64,000 bases of DNA from Candidatus Omnitrophota bacterium (GTDB taxonomy: Bacteria > Omnitrophota > Gorgyraeia > Duberdicusellales > 4484-171): positions 13,795-77,794 of the forward strand of contig JBDRAN010000035.1 in NCBI GenBank assembly GCA_043823745.1; not shown here. Direction: 5' to 3'. Below: more notes on the stretch, generated by a model, which searched no databases, was not told the DNA's origin, and saw only the letters and a list, made by a program, of their open reading frames with translations. How positions within the stretch are numbered: position 1 is the stretch's first letter.

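Noticed and set aside
17161-63616. About 150 plus-strand ORFs of 60-180 aa listed by the ORF track across 17-64 kb
   Set aside because: All lie antisense or out of frame within the single 46.8-kb minus-strand ORF. They have low-complexity or biased composition and no recognisable motifs. They are shadow ORFs of a long GC-moderate coding region.
17178-63959. Possibility that the giant ORF is several adjacent genes (for example a free-standing gdh, aroE, hdc) fused by sequencing frameshifts
   Set aside because: There is not a single in-frame stop over 46.8 kb. Domains are separated by a recurring, nucleotide-conserved ASSP linker in the same frame. Adjacent independent genes would show stops, RBSs and frame changes. 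Long-read validation is still advisable.
1-64000. tRNA, rRNA, transposase or integrase genes
   Set aside because: No cloverleaf-like intergenic sequence, no rRNA-like conserved blocks and no DDE/tyrosine-recombinase motifs were seen. The mobile-looking elements are short non-coding repeats only.

Overview
All genes in this window lie on the minus strand. The first ~17 kb is an ordinary housekeeping array; the remaining ~46.8 kb is one uninterrupted giant ORF.

The housekeeping array, reading from coordinate 1 upward, is: radA (5' part), mlaD/mlaF/mlaE, a secreted hypothetical protein, clpC, mcsB, mcsA, a class IV aminotransferase, a LolD-like ATPase with a LolC/E-like permease, lysS, an Opp/Dpp-like BCDF transporter that lacks a binding-protein gene in the window, and a small PilZ gene.

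The giant ORF (17178..64000) encodes more than 15,600 aa and is still open at the window edge, so its 5' end lies outside the window.

It reads as a beads-on-a-string polyprotein of at least 30 recognisable enzymatic or binding modules:
- Wall- and protein-degrading modules: an M23 peptidase, a trypsin-like serine protease, three HExxH metalloprotease motifs, a GT4 glycosyltransferase and a transglutaminase-like domain.
- Complete metabolic enzymes: a glutamate dehydrogenase, an AroE-like shikimate dehydrogenase, and tandem histidine-decarboxylase-like PLP domains, one of which is degenerate.
- Signalling- and modification-type modules: two nucleotidyltransferases, a low-molecular-weight tyrosine phosphatase, two GHKL ATPases, P-loop and kinase-like domains, a class I SAM methyltransferase, a degenerate Fic domain and an MraZ-like fold.
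- One internal cluster of transmembrane helices and a C-terminal coiled coil.

Modules are joined by a linker conserved at the nucleotide level. There are about 30 exact copies of GCCAGCTC (coding strand), always in the frame Ala-Ser-Ser-Pro, plus about 10 one-mismatch variants. About five ~150-bp linker cassettes are built from 9-nt tandem units.

The same 9-nt unit (GTATTGAGT) forms hairpin repeats in the intergenic spacers of the housekeeping operons. There is also a ~1-kb intragenic direct repeat (~85% identity), and a third partial repeat copy at the window edge.

The architecture resembles the giant genes reported in Omnitrophota-like predatory or symbiotic bacteria, but this is inference from domain content only. 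No rRNA, tRNA, CRISPR array or transposase was recognised.
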